A DNA stretch of 64,000 nucleotides from Macrostomum hystrix (lineage: Eukaryota; Animalia; Platyhelminthes), in the NCBI GenBank assembly GCA_950097015.1, contig CATNEN010000005.1, positions 5,022,001 through 5,086,000 of the forward strand, written 5' to 3'. Positions 32,001-43,930 of the stretch are shown here, piece after piece (within the stretch, counting starts at the first letter, position 1; each line of letters begins with the position of its first letter). The position numbers were made by a program, and so were the translations under genes. A model generated the notes under the pieces. That model searched no databases and had not been told where the DNA came from. It worked only from the letters and a program-made list of their open reading frames with translations.

Positions 32001-33848
32001 CTGGTAACGTCCCGCTTAGTGAGCTCATGCAATGATGCTGCAATCCCTGAGTAGTTGCGGACGAACTTTTTGTAGTACTGTGCCAACCCCAAGAAGCTGC
32101 GCAGTTCCTTGGCGCTTCGAGGTGTCGGCCAGCCTCTGAGCTCGGCGATCTTGTCCTCGTTCGTCAGGATGCCTTCAGGTGTCACCACATGGCCTAAATA
32201 GTGCAGCTCCCTCTTAAACAGGTGGCACTTCTTTGGCTTCAGTTTGAACTGGGCTTCACGGATTCGCGTCAGCATCATCCTCAGATGCTCCAAGTGATCG
32301 TCAAAGGTAGGCGAGTGGACGAGTATATCATCCATATACCCCAACGCTACCTTTGGCGTCAGCCCCTCCAGCAGCTTGTTGATACAGCGCTGAAAGGACC
32401 CTGCCGAATCCGTCATGCCCATCGGCAACACTGTAAATTCAAACTGACCTCTGTGGTGAACCGAGAACGCGGTCAGGTGTCTGTCCTGCTCTCTCAGCGG
32501 GATCAGCCAGAAACCCTGAGCAAGATCGAGGGCGGAATAATACTGCGCCCCCCTCAAGTGCTCGAAGGACTGCTGAATGTCTGGCAGCGGATAGACATGT
32601 TTCAGGCAGCGACTGTTTAACTCGCGATAATCCAAAGACAATCCTGATCGTCTTGTCTTTCTTAGGGACGATCAGGAGAGGCGTGTTGTAGCTAGAGAAT
32701 GTCGGCTTGATGATGCCTTTTGCCAACATCTCATCCAGCATCTTGTCCAGCTGTTCCATCAAGTGAGGTGGGATCCTCCTCGGTGGAATGCGGACTGGGG
32801 TGGGATCTGTCACAATGATCTCATGAGTGACCAGGTCAGTAACACCATGGTCCAGGGGATGCATTGCGAATGCCTCGCGGCACTCTCTCAACATCTCTCT
32901 AACCCGATGTCTCTGCTCCTCGGTCAATCTCTCACAGATCTCCACGTCATCTAGCCATGCCTCATCGCTCTCCAGCCCTTCTGCCTGAACCTGCCTGACT
33001 GGCGTCTCCTCTAGCTCTGGCAGATATTCAAGTTCGTCTGCCTTCAACGGCCTTGCCAGCCCTACTAGTCCATTGCGCCGTATGACAGCCGGGAAGCAAG
33101 AGGTGTTGATGACCTCTACACATCCTGTCCCGTCAGCCATCGTCAGCAATGTCGGAGCCATCTCGACCTGAGACGCCCCTGGCTTCAGCCCTGACTTCAA
33201 GGACTCAACAAGCAGCGGCGTGCCGTGACAGTCAGTCCGGCCACCCGCTAGCTTCACCGCTACGAGCATCGAAGAGCGCGCTGGCACAGTGGTCTGCTCG
33301 AGTGAGTAAACCCGACTGGCCCTCGCCTCTCGCCTCGTGAACCTCAGCGGCACACTGGTTCCTGATTTCATGGTCAGCATCCCCTTCGGAAAGTCAATCT
33401 TCTGGGTGTGCTGGCGCATGAAATCAATTCCTAAGATGTTCTCGTGTTCGCCCTTTGTCACGCAGAACTCGACGTCTACTGCGTAGTCGCCGAGCCTGAC
33501 CTCAAAGGCGACTCGCCCTAAGACTGGCAACCGAGAACCATCGAAGTTGCACAGGGCACTCTCTCCTGTCAGCACAGCGTGCGGCACTACATGCCTCAGA
33601 GATGCCCACGTCTCACTTCCAATTAGACAGCGCCTGCTCCCTGAGTCTAGGAGAAAGGGCACCGTCTTCTTGGAAACCATCGCCGTCACGTAGGGGTCAG
33701 CGTTGGAGGCATACCAACGCTCGAGGAAGCTGGTACTAGGAGAGCCCCCACCCTCTCCTCCAGCTAGCTCCTCAGTTCCCCTCAGGCCCGTCCAGGAACT
33801 GGACCGCGAGGGGCACTGCCGTCCGTGCTCCTCGCCATCCCGTTTCCC
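29029..33848 (-). pseudogene. pol: Gypsy-3 pol in four frames (PR 32439-33689, RT/RH 31400-32641, linker 30683-31363, IN 29029-30816)
   Basis: LLDSGS; LDYRELN; YMDD; DTDAS/ELLAVV/SDHKAL/NADSMSR; HHCC and DVIGP/TDQGTNF/NGQVE. Breaks are small indels, so they could be decay or assembly errors. Confidence 0.93.
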
Positions 33849-34933
33849 GACGTCTGAGTGCCTTGGGCCTGCAGCTCGGACTGCTGCCTGGGCTCTTGCT
33901 GTTGCGCTCTCGGGTACCCCTGAGCGTGGTGCTCGTAACGCGGCTTAGATGGCCTCGTCGGGCAATCACGCCTCAGGTGTCCGAACTTTCCGCAACCAAA
34001 GCATGCCCCTCTTGGCGGCGCCGGTCCTTCCTGCTGCACGGCTCCCTGTGGTCGACTGAGTGCCTGGACCAGCATCTCCTGCATCTTTTGCTGATGCTGC
34101 AGCTGCTGTCCCTGACATTCGACCATCTTGGTCATCAGCGCTTCGAGTCCCAGCGCTAGGAGTGTCCTAGGGCGAGTCCGCAGCAGGTGCTTGCGGTTCT
34201 CAGCCGAAGTCCGAACCCCTTTCACAAACTGGTCGACCAACTCATAGTCCAGGTCTCTCTGGCGAAGGTTGGTGTAGGCCTGCTCTCCGAGTCCCTGCAA
34301 CGCATCAGCATAGTCATCAAGCGTTTCCGCTTTCTTCTGATAGCGATTGCGGAACTCGTCTCGGTACTCCTCAGGGCTGCTCAGCTGCGCGAATCGCTCC
34401 ACAATACGCTCCTTGAACTGGGCATACGTGAGATTTTCAGGCAGCTTCATCCTGAGGACGGCATTCAGGCACTGTACATCGAGGTGGTCGAGTAGAAGGG
34501 CCTTGCGTGTCTCCGAACTGCGAATCGCAGCCCGGGCGCAATTCGCTTCAAACGCCTCCACCCACAGATGTACGTCCTGGCCCCGAGAAAACTTGGCAAT
34601 CTTCGCCGTCCTACCTTGTTGTTGTTCCACCTGCTTCTCCATCAGGTTGAGCATCCGGTACACCAGGTCAGCCGTCGCCCTGTCGTCCAGCCTTGGTCGT
34701 CGTCGCCTTGCTGCCGCTGCTGCTGCGCCTCGGTCGTCGTCCTCGCCGCCGGTCTGGTCGTCGTCGCCGAAGTCGCTCTCGCTGTCCTCGCCGTCGCCGA
34801 CACAGCCGTTTCCACGGCCATTCCACCGACTCCTGCCAGCAGTTTCCTGCAGCGCACAGCCACCACGAGACTCTATGCTCCGGGCTACCTGCTGCCTCTC
34901 TTCCCTCTCAGAATCCAGCTCCTCTTGGGACAT
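33782..34933 (-). CDS. gag: Gypsy-3 gag (383 aa), with an in-frame deletion of about 46 aa relative to Gypsy-2
   Basis: Nearly identical to 19695-20984 outside the deletion; CCHC knuckle retained. Confidence 0.92.
   Translation of the reverse strand: MSQEELDSEREERQQVARSIESRGGCALQETAGRSRWNGRGNGCVGDGEDSESDFGDDDQTGGEDDDRGAAAAAARRRRPRLDDRATADLVYRMLNLMEKQVEQQQGRTAKIAKFSRGQDVHLWVEAFEANCARAAIRSSETRKALLLDHLDVQCLNAVLRMKLPENLTYAQFKERIVERFAQLSSPEEYRDEFRNRYQKKAETLDDYADALQGLGEQAYTNLRQRDLDYELVDQFVKGVRTSAENRKHLLRTRPRTLLALGLEALMTKMVECQGQQLQHQQKMQEMLVQALSRPQGAVQQEGPAPPRGACFGCGKFGHLRRDCPTRPSKPRYEHHAQGYPRAQQQEPRQQSELQAQGTQTSGNGMARSTDGSAPRGPVPGRA
33806..33848 (-). promoter_or_regulatory. -1 frameshift signal of Gypsy-3
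   Basis: Same GGGAAAC, 6-nt spacer and hairpin as in Gypsy-2, with a compensatory base-pair change. Confidence 0.8.
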
Positions 34934-34971
34934 GGCGTTCGTTTCCGCAGTGAATGAGTAAAAAGGCTAAC

Positions 34972-34993
34972 TCGAATCCCACCGCTGCCACCA
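34972..34993 (-). other. Primer-binding site complementary to the 3' end of tRNA-Leu
   Basis: Plus strand reads TCGAATCCCACCGCTGCCACCA, the familiar 3' end of metazoan tRNA-Leu(AAG/UAG) plus CCA; located 1 nt from the LTR. Confidence 0.85.
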
Positions 34994-34994
34994 A

Positions 34995-35659
34995 TGTTGT
35001 ACCTGTGGTAGCGTGGCACACATAATTGGTAAAATGACCAAGACCGGACGCTGGATTCAGAGAGGATTTTATACCGGCCTCAACACTGATGCTTCCTAGC
35101 AGTGGAGCAACCCGGTAGTCAGGCTAGATTACTTTGTTTCCTCGGGATCTTCCTGAATCACTCTAAGACTCCCTCGTCTTTGAACCGTGCTCTGAATTTG
35201 ACGGTATACCTTGCTTTTAAATGCGATATACGGCCAAGCTTCTCAATAAGTTGCAGAAGTTGCAAGTTTGGATTCTACTCAGTTGCAATAGGAGGCAAAC
35301 GTGAGTGAACACGGAACGCATGAAGATAGGAAGACAGAATCGTGCCATCAATATAAAGAAATAGTGCTACCACGATACTGACACCATCTCATGGATTCGT
35401 CGGACTGTGCTCTACTTATAGTAGGAGCATTTGAGCGTTGTTCTGCCAGTCTTCTTCCGAACTTAAGCGATTGCACCATGGTGTGCCATGTGACTCAGTG
35501 CGCAGACAGAGCTGGAACGAGAGAGAGAAAGCGAAGGGGGTGGCGAGCGGTGACAGTGCACGGGAAACACTAACTACCTACACCCCAGCCCTCCCACAGA
35601 CCTAGAACAGCCTGACTCACAGATTGCCTGGAGGCTGCTCAGCAGTCAACAGCACATCA
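34995..35659 (-). repeat. 5' LTR of Gypsy-3 (665 bp)
   Basis: TGTTGTACCTGTGGTAGCG...CAGCACATCA; same ends as the Gypsy-2 LTRs but visibly diverged internally. Confidence 0.93.
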
Positions 35660-35859
35660 CATACTTTATAAGTACTTGATTGCAACATGCTATGTACTTG
35701 GTAAACTTTATAAGTCAACCATGTCATTAAAGTACCATGATTGACTTACAAAGTTTAGCATGTTTTTTTCTAGGGAGGCCTTGAAGAATTTTTTAGGGTC
35801 AACGATGAACTCCAGACGGCTTTCGAAACAAGAAATCCATTTTTTATCATGACAAGTCA

Positions 35860-36063
35860 GCCGCCCGAGCGACCTTAATGGCGACCGTGAGGCGACCGAA
35901 TGAAAGTGCATAAGAGCTTAGGAAAAACATCCAAAGTAACAATTTTTTTGCTGAAAATGCTCTCCAGATTGCAATTAAAGTACTCTAAGAACAAACTCCA
36001 AAATATTTGGGCGACCGTTTGGGCGGCGCCGCCCGCAGTCACCCCCAGTTTTTTTCCATTGGG
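35860..36063. mobile_element. Possible CCC-type (En/Spm-like) transposon end
   Basis: Clustered GGCGACC subterminal repeats ending in ...TTTTTTTCCATTGGG. Single end only. Confidence 0.25.
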
Positions 36064-37007
36064 CAAGATTGATATTAGTACTTTCTTACAAATTCACCAA
36101 GTGTTTTAGTCCCTAGCCTCTTCGTCAGTAATAGTACAAAAAGATAATAAGATATTATTAGATATTGGATACCCTCGATAATAAAAATACAGTCAACTCA
36201 CTAAAAACTAGACTGGGCTTGCTTGGCTTCCTTTATCTCCTGCGCGCCTCTTCAAAAAGGCAATGCCACCTGATCAACATGCGCGGCGCCAATCGAATGG
36301 CTTGTTGCTTTAAAATCGCCCGAACTTGCAGCCGTTGACAGTAAAGAGTCGATAGTTTTTTTGAGTTGGGTATATAACATTTCCGCGTCCAGGACCATTA
36401 AAAAATCAAGCGCTGGATTTTTTCCTTTATAATTTTATGAACTTGTTTCCATTAAAAATTAAATGAATGAAAAGCTGTGCTGATACTTTATTTAGCGTCT
36501 TTAAATCATTATAAATAACGGTCGCGAATTGCGTGTACTCATATCCAGACACAAAGAGGGGGTGCAGAACGGGTATTAGGCAGATCCAATAAAACTTACT
36601 CGTTGGTTTAAGCACCCTATTTATTGGTTAAAGTGAAAATCGCATTCCAAGAAATGCGGAGTCGAAAGATTGAATCGAGTTTTTACGAAGCCAAACTACC
36701 AGCTGTTCAATAATTCATACCAGGTTAGAACTACTCGTACTTTGCACATTAATCTTCAAAGCTCGTGCAATATGGAAGGGTGTAAAGCTGATTTGAAAGC
36801 TTTCATGGGCTTGATACTTACTTATGAATATCTTTACTTACTTATGAAGTCCTAGATCGGTTCACGTCTTCGCAGTAATGGTATTATTCTATAAATGACT
36901 GGTGGCTAGATTACCAAGGTGCTGCTGTCAGTAAGCATGCCAATATACCCATATACCAATTCCTTAACCAAGTTTGCTCAGCCCTCTGTGGGCGATTGAA
37001 ATTTATG

Positions 37008-38908
37008 TTAATAAATATTAAGAAAGTCTTCGGGAACACCTGCCCCGATAGCCGACAATCGTTTGACGATATCCTTGAGCTGATTAATATGCTCCTGCAT
37101 GGATGCACCTTCCTCCATCTTGAGCGCCTGTAGTTTCCGATTTAGGAATAATTTATTTGCCAATGTACTTCGCTCGAAATGTGTTTTAAGCTTATTCCAG
37201 GCTTCCTTTGGAGTTTCTGCATCCTCAATGAGATGAATTTGACTATCTGCAACAGCCAATACGATAGTTGCTAGGGCTTTATTCGCACGCCGATTGAAAT
37301 GAACTTTGACCTCGTTAGTCGCGTCCTCAGCAAGTGTCTCGGTACCATTAACAACTTCCCAAAGTTCTCGCTCCATCAGAACGTTCTTCATCTTGAACTT
37401 CCAGATATTGTAGTTGGAACTATCCAACTTCTCAACCAGTAGCTTGGCATCGAAGGACAGTGTCGATCCACCAACACAGCTGGTTGTTGAGCTGAACTTT
37501 CTAAGAGACGGTAGATGAGAACAATCACGCCGACTGACGCACTGCCACTAGAGCAGCTTTAGTGCTCAAACTGCAGCAGATCGCAGTGGAAGCGTGCTGG
37601 GCCCATAACCTATTAAGAAAGTCTTCGGGAACACCTGCCCCGATAGCCGACAATCGTTTGACGATATCCTTGAGCTGATTAATATGCTCCTGCATGGATG
37701 CATAAAGTTTTCCTTCTATACATGCCTTGCAGAAACTGATGCTTCCAACTTTTGCGTCAATGCCGTCAACTTGCTTTTTATGAATTAGAGATTTTAGATC
37801 TTGCTCTCCTAGGTGACCATATCGCTGATGCCATAAATCTAAACTGTTGGTTTTCGCGATTGTTGCTGATTCAGTAGTAACAGAAATACCTTTGAGTTTG
37901 TACAATCTCCCAACTTTCAAAGCTTCTCCAGCAACTGTGCCTTTATTATCTACAATCTGACACTTGTCATCGCTAAACTTGACACTGAACCCTTTTCTGG
38001 TGACAGCGGATACTGAAAACAGGTTTTGCTCCATGAGTGGGACGTACAGAACATCAGTCAAACTATTGGCTGTAAATGGGTATTTCGTGTCAAGTACAAG
38101 TCAGACAACTTAGTAGATAGATTTAAAGCAAGATTGGTTGTTAAAGGATACTCTCAAGAACATGGTGTAGATTATGAGGAGACTTACGCACCAGTAGCTC
38201 GATTTACATCAATCAGAACTCTACTAGCTCTTGGAATTCAACGAGATTGGAAAATTCACCAGATGGATGTCGTAACAGCATTTCTAAACGGCAAACTAGA
38301 CGAGGAAATCTATATGGAACAACCGGAAGGATTTGTGGTTGAAGGCAAGGAAACGCTAGTATGCAAACTTGAAAGAAGTCTATACGGACTAAAACAGGCA
38401 CCTCGATGTTGGAATCAAACGCTCCATGATGAACTCTTAATGTCTTAACCTCACGCAGGCAAAGTCAGAACCATGCATTTATGCTAACTCTCAATCTGCG
38501 ATCGGTGTGTACGTGGACGACATTTTGCTAACCGCTTCTGATGATTACATGTTTGTGTTGAAGCAAGAACTGCAATCGAAATTTAAAATGAAAGACTTAG
38601 GCGAATTTCACTACTTTCTTGGAGTTCAAGCTACGTGGAATAATGGCTCTTTGTTTCTGAACCAAGAACGCTATTTAAATAGTGTCCTATCAAAATTCAA
38701 CATGATTAACTGTAAACCGGTATCAACACCAATGGATACAAGTGTCAAGTTCTACACTGCACAAGACTGCGATGCTAAGGTGGACAAAACTATGTATCAG
38801 GCCGCAGTAGGAAGTCTAAACTATGCAGCATTAGCTACACGACCAGATATTTCAGCTGCAGTGGGAGTTCTCGCGCGTTACTGCTCAGACCCAACTGAAC
38901 AACATTAA
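37008..38908. mobile_element. Rearranged Ty1/Copia remnant
   Basis: Minus strand: gag (NYNIWKFKMKNVL, 37008-about 37500), PBS GGTTATGGGCCCAG (37597-37610), pre-integrase region (WHQRYGHLG...CKACIEGK, 37703-38061). Plus strand: RT (IGCKWVF, KARLV, MDVVTAFLNG, YVDD; 38062-38908). Confidence 0.92.
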
Positions 38909-39699
38909 GTGGGAGTGTTAATATGTAATCGTTTATCTTAAAAATAGCTGCATCTATTAATAGTAAGTAAATCCTAAAGTTTTCCTTCTAGAATTTTCTA
39001 GAATCTAAGTAAGCTTTATATCTATGGTAGATTGCTTAATTTCCAAACTGTACCTGTAACTTCTGTTGAGCTACGCCAGAGCTACCTAATTGTCTCACCC
39101 CTTTATCCTTCTCTAAATCCGTTCTAAATAAACGCTGAGTCTGCTATTCTTAAATAAGACTTTCTTAATAATAAAAATGTCTAAGGCTGCAGTAATTAGC
39201 TTGCGGTAGTTCCTAATTAGGTCCTAATACGCTATTAAATGAATAATGACTATGTATAAAACAGTTTTCACTATGTATATAGCATATTTTCCTTTGTATC
39301 TAACAGTTTTCACTATTTATCTAAGAATATTTTTTAAGAACAATAAGCCCCAGAAAAGGTATTGTTTCACCGTTAATTTTAGAACAATCAGGGTTACGCG
39401 TTCGGTTACCAACGCATGTGCATTTTTAATACAAATTTGGCCTTTAAAATTTTAACTATCTTATATACTAAAAATGAAATGGTTGCTTGGTTGGTTGTAA
39501 TTGATATTCTCTATTCTATGTATTATTCTATTCTATCATAAAAAAATTGAATGAGACTTTTTATTTAGCCATGATTTTGAAGAAATGATGGTAGTGTAAT
39601 TTCATTATTGTTCGGCAGCTGTAGCATGTTCAAATATGCTGCTACCCCTACACTGTAATGCATAAAGGTACGAGAAAAGGGTCATCGAAGGTCCCAAAT

Positions 39700-39990
39700 G
39701 CAAGGTCCGCAGCGTGCTTATATACGGACCTTTGTGATTCGAAGGTCCGCAATTAGACGTCCGAATTAAGGTCCAGTCGAGTTCCGTTCGCACTGCAGCT
39801 AGAGGTCAGTAATAAGGTCCGCAGCGTGTTTATATACGGACCTTTGTGATTCGAAGGTCCGCAATTAGAGGTCCAGTCGAGGTCTGTTCGCGCTGCAGCT
39901 AGAGGTCCGTAATTAGGTCCGCAGCGTGCTTATATACGGACCTTTAAGCACGTGGAAAACGTCCGGTTTTCCAAAAAGGTCCGTATGTCA
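39700..39990. repeat. Hairpin-rich tandem repeat (about 115-bp unit, 2-3 copies)
   Basis: AAGGTCCGCAGCGTG(C/T)TTATATACGGACCTT occurs three times; many GGTCC/GGACC motifs. Confidence 0.85.
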
Positions 39991-40217
39991 TGTTGAGCGC
40001 AAATGAATAATGAAAGCAAAATATTTGTGTATCTGTTATTTGGATATGTTAAGCGCATAGTGTTTTTTTAACATAGCCTCGAATTTTTACGTTTATTACA
40101 TGATCTGCTTTAATGCACCGGCAGTACTGCCACGTGAAATAAAATGTAAACAGCACATGAAATTGTTTAAAAAACATTTAAGCATAATCCCGGTGTAAAG
40201 AACATCGTCCGCCGGCA

Positions 40218-40574
40218 ACCGGCTGACCATCCCGGCTGGGCGAGAATGTGCTGCGCTGCAATGTTGCTGCCGGCCAGTTCACTGGAGATGAAATCCTGCT
40301 GCCGCGGATTCCCCTACAGCCCAACAATGCTGACCTGCCAGTCTGCTTCAAGCGGCTGCAGTTCCCGGTAAAGCCCAGCTTTTGCCTGACGATTCACAAG
40401 TCTCAGGGGCAGAGCCTGGAGACAGTCGGCATCGATCTGGCGGTTGGATGCTTTGCGCACGGCCAGTTATATACTGCGCTGTCTCGAGCGAAAAATGTAG
40501 CAAATATCCGGGTCCGGTTGTCTGGAACCACGACCAGGAACGTTGTCTACCCAGAGGTGCTCACTGGAGACTAG
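40218..40574 (+). pseudogene. Helitron PIF1-like helicase C-terminus
   Basis: QFPVKPSFCLTIHKSQGQSL...GQLYTALSR...TRNVVYPEVL, ending at its stop; 5' truncated. Confidence 0.92.
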
Positions 40575-43500
40575 AAGATTGTTCACTGGACATTCGTGAG
40601 TTTATCGAACTTCAATTGAGTTCCCGTGACTTGTGAGTCTGTGAGATGTTGCAGTGAGTCGCCATCACAAGTTGAGCCGCCTGATGTGTAAATGGTGCAT
40701 GATAGTTGAGCTCTGCCCATTGGCCCAATGAGTCACAGCGTAAATCCTGTTCCTTTTGGAGCAGGTTGACTGCATATCAATGGACCTTGAGAGACGTGGT
40801 TGAAATACGTGTTCGCTGCTTATCACGATTCAGAGGTTCTTCCACGCTAAAATGGAGGGTATGCAGCCATGGTCTGAAGCAGCCTAATCGCAGACCTTAA
40901 ATCTTGTGATGGCCGACTAAGCATGTTGAGCTGTGCTGTGGCTGTGCTGCTGTGCTGCAGTGACATCAAAGAAAGTGGATATTATATAGTAGGAGTAGCG
41001 GAATTTGTGTCACAGTAGGGCGATTGTCCAGAGTGGATTGTCGATGAGTATATTAAAAATGCCAGAGTGGATTGTCCAACAAAGCAGGATTATCCTGCTG
41101 AAAAGCCATGGGTCGATTGAATAATAGCGCCTATAACGAAGGGAAATCCCCATTAAACACTAAAAAGTCTCCACGGGCGCCAGAGTCGAGAAATCAATTC
41201 TGCTCACCACTTTCGCTTCCCATGAGAAGATATTCTCATCGATTTCGCACTCTATTGCCAAAATGTTCAAGCAGGGGAAGTGAACTTTCTTGAAGTGAAG
41301 CTGCCCCGTGGGAATCATACTAGCGAAGATAATTGATGATTATTTGTGATTATTATTGAATCATCAGAAATGCTGAACCTGTTGGATGCCCCGCACTTTC
41401 CAGGGCACCTTTTTAAGTTGGAAGTTGGGTATGCCGGTTGTGCATGATTTGAATGGCACATCAGACTCATTCATGAGAACTGCGCTGTCCGAATTGTATG
41501 GCTGTTGCTGAGAGGATTAAATATGAGCAAATTAGTCAGTATGATAGAACTGGCATCTTTTTGCAGCTGGCTCCAAGAACTGGGAAAGTGCATGTTATAT
41601 GAATTCCACAACCTTTTACTGGGCTAACTATGGGTGTATAAGCGAATACTTCTGTAAAATGTGTGGAATAAGCGATGTGCTTTTGATGACCAATGTTTTA
41701 GGTGTCTAGCTGGGACACAGTAATCAAACAGGTGAATTCTTTGATGTCATTGCAGATAGCAGGCAGGCTGCATAGTAATGGTCCTCGAGAGAGATGTTTG
41801 AAATGGACATTTCGCTGCTATTTATTTATTTATTGCATACCCCAGTGAATGCGCTCTGTGAAACAGGGCAGAATAATTTTGCTGCGGACAGTAGGATTGA
41901 CATAAAAGATTCTAATGAATCATGCAATAATGCTGTTCCGCTTGCGAAAGACACTGCCAAACCAGCAAACCCTTTTTAATAGCAGAATTGATGCTACTTT
42001 CTGATGAGATGGTGAATCATCTGTGCTAAAATGTTTTGTGTCTATAGTTTTTTTTCTTCGCTATTTCAGCTCTGCGGGCCACGGCATGGCGAAGACACCT
42101 GACTAATAAACTGATTTATGATTGACTAATAACTGCATTATGATTGACTAATGACTGCATTATGATTGTGCACTTTTGTTTGACAATGCTATGCTTTGTG
42201 AAATATTTACTATAATTAATGATAACAGCCTTACCTAACAGACTCATGTAAATAAATTGTGAAAAAGAGGCACATGTTTCAGTAAAGCCAATACCGTAAA
42301 AAATTCTGACGCGTGAATATTTCTACTGACAGTAGAGTAACGGACATCAGGATGTAAATGTGTTATTATAATAAGTCCACACGGTGGAGAGTGTAGACAT
42401 ATAAGTTTCTTTTATGTATTTATCTACGTGTCTATCAATCTGTCTATCAGTCAGCAGTCTGTAAATGTATCTGTCAACTATCTGTCATATAAATCTGTCA
42501 TACAGATCTGTCATCTGTCATCTGTCATACAAACTGATTTAGACAGAGCTGCGAAACTGACTTAGGCACAGCTGATTTAGGCATAGCTGCGAAACTTATT
42601 TGAATCAAACTGGTTGAATCAGCCATTGATATTAGCTAATACATTGCAAACTACCAAGATGGGATCTTATTTGAAATGCACTCGTATTCAAAAAGGGATT
42701 TTATTTAAAGTGTGTTTGACAATGCGAATGAGGCATGTGAGAAAAAAGAAGTTTGCTGAGGAGTGTGACTAGAAAGGAGAAGGGGAAATAATGTGAAAAT
42801 TGAGCAATGAAACTATAGAATATAATCAATGGAGAAAAGGTAGAACTGAGCTGCTGAGATTGGATTTAAACTGGAACGGCATAGGACAACAATTTATTAC
42901 CGTAGATATTATTTGATATATCTACAAGCAGAATGGGATCTGATTTAAAATAGGATATGATTCAAATTGGGATTTGATGAAAATGAGTACCTCTGAGTTT
43001 TGCAAATGTATGAAGTTTCAGATTAGCAGATTTGTAAGTCTTTAAGACTGATTATCGCTATTTGACAAACTGACAATCCTCAGTTTGTGACAATACCGAG
43101 TATCCTCAGTTCTTGAATGCGCCTTCTCTGTTCTATGCAGTGTATTTTAAATGGCATGAAAGTTTGCAAAAGAAAAGAGAAGTCTGCTGATCAGTGTGAC
43201 TAGAAAAGAGAGGGGGAATTTAGTATGATAATCTGATATATAATATATCATAGCTATATATAGCCAGTGTTAGCTTTATTAAAAGCGTCAAACCAAAGGT
43301 CGAAGGATGTAGCTCCAGTTGCTTTTGCAAAGTCCATTCACAATGAGATAGCTGCATTGAACTGACTCTTTAAGTCATTTATTATAATAAGAGGGCCTCT
43401 TTCAAGGGCAATAGTTGCGATGCTGAGCTACTTATTGTTCGGAACGTTGCAGTCGCAGATAGTACGAGCAGGGCTAAGAAATTGACTTACAAATGAAGAA

Positions 43501-43877
43501 AGTCCATAATTTGTCTAAATGTGTATAAAACTGTACTACACATGAGCAATACAAGCATCAAGAAAATCGGAATAAGGCAAGTCATTTCTCTGATAGTCGG
43601 AATTTCTTGGAATAGAATTTAATTAAATTTTCAGTAACAACTAAAGAGTGCTCTGAACAATTTTATGTATGAAATGAGTAAGATAATTTTATCAAAAACG
43701 TTGACATATAAAAGCTCCAAACAAAGAAACCGTAAGAAAGTTGATAGTTTTGTTTTACCTAAAATTGCGTTATTAACGATCTCCCAAAATTCCTATTTTT
43801 AATAGAGAACATTATCGTATTATTTTCACTTTAAAGTACTGAATATGGCTCCCCGAAGGGGGGCAAAAACTTGCTAG

Positions 43878-43930
43878 TCTACTATACTAAAAATGAAATG
43901 CTTGCTTGGTTGCTTGTAATTGATTTTCAC
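43878..43930 (+). mobile_element. Second Helitron 5' end fused directly to the 3' end of copy B
   Basis: CTAG|TCTACTATACTAAAAATGAAATG...; same head sequence as at 39459 and 63941. Confidence 0.85.

Larger units (their letters stand above)
27894..35659 (-). mobile_element. Gypsy-3: near-complete relative of Gypsy-2, 3' end cut by Helitron A
   Basis: 5' LTR, tRNA-Leu-type PBS, gag, full PR-RT-RH-IN and accessory ORF; 3' UTR abuts the Helitron CTAG end. Confidence 0.93.
39459..43877 (+). mobile_element. Helitron copy B (complete ends, non-autonomous)
   Basis: 5' A|TCTTATATACTAAAAATG; 3' hairpin at 43848-43864 and CTAG at 43874-43877; PIF1 tail inside. Confidence 0.85.

Noticed and set aside
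32630-32650. Second programmed frameshift within Gypsy-3 pol
   Set aside because: A single extra base in the conserved IVLDYR motif with no slippery heptamer or structure; more likely a mutation or sequencing error.
36600-37000. Possible integrase remnant (GVERLNR)
   Set aside because: Single motif with surrounding stops and frameshifts; origin cannot be assigned.
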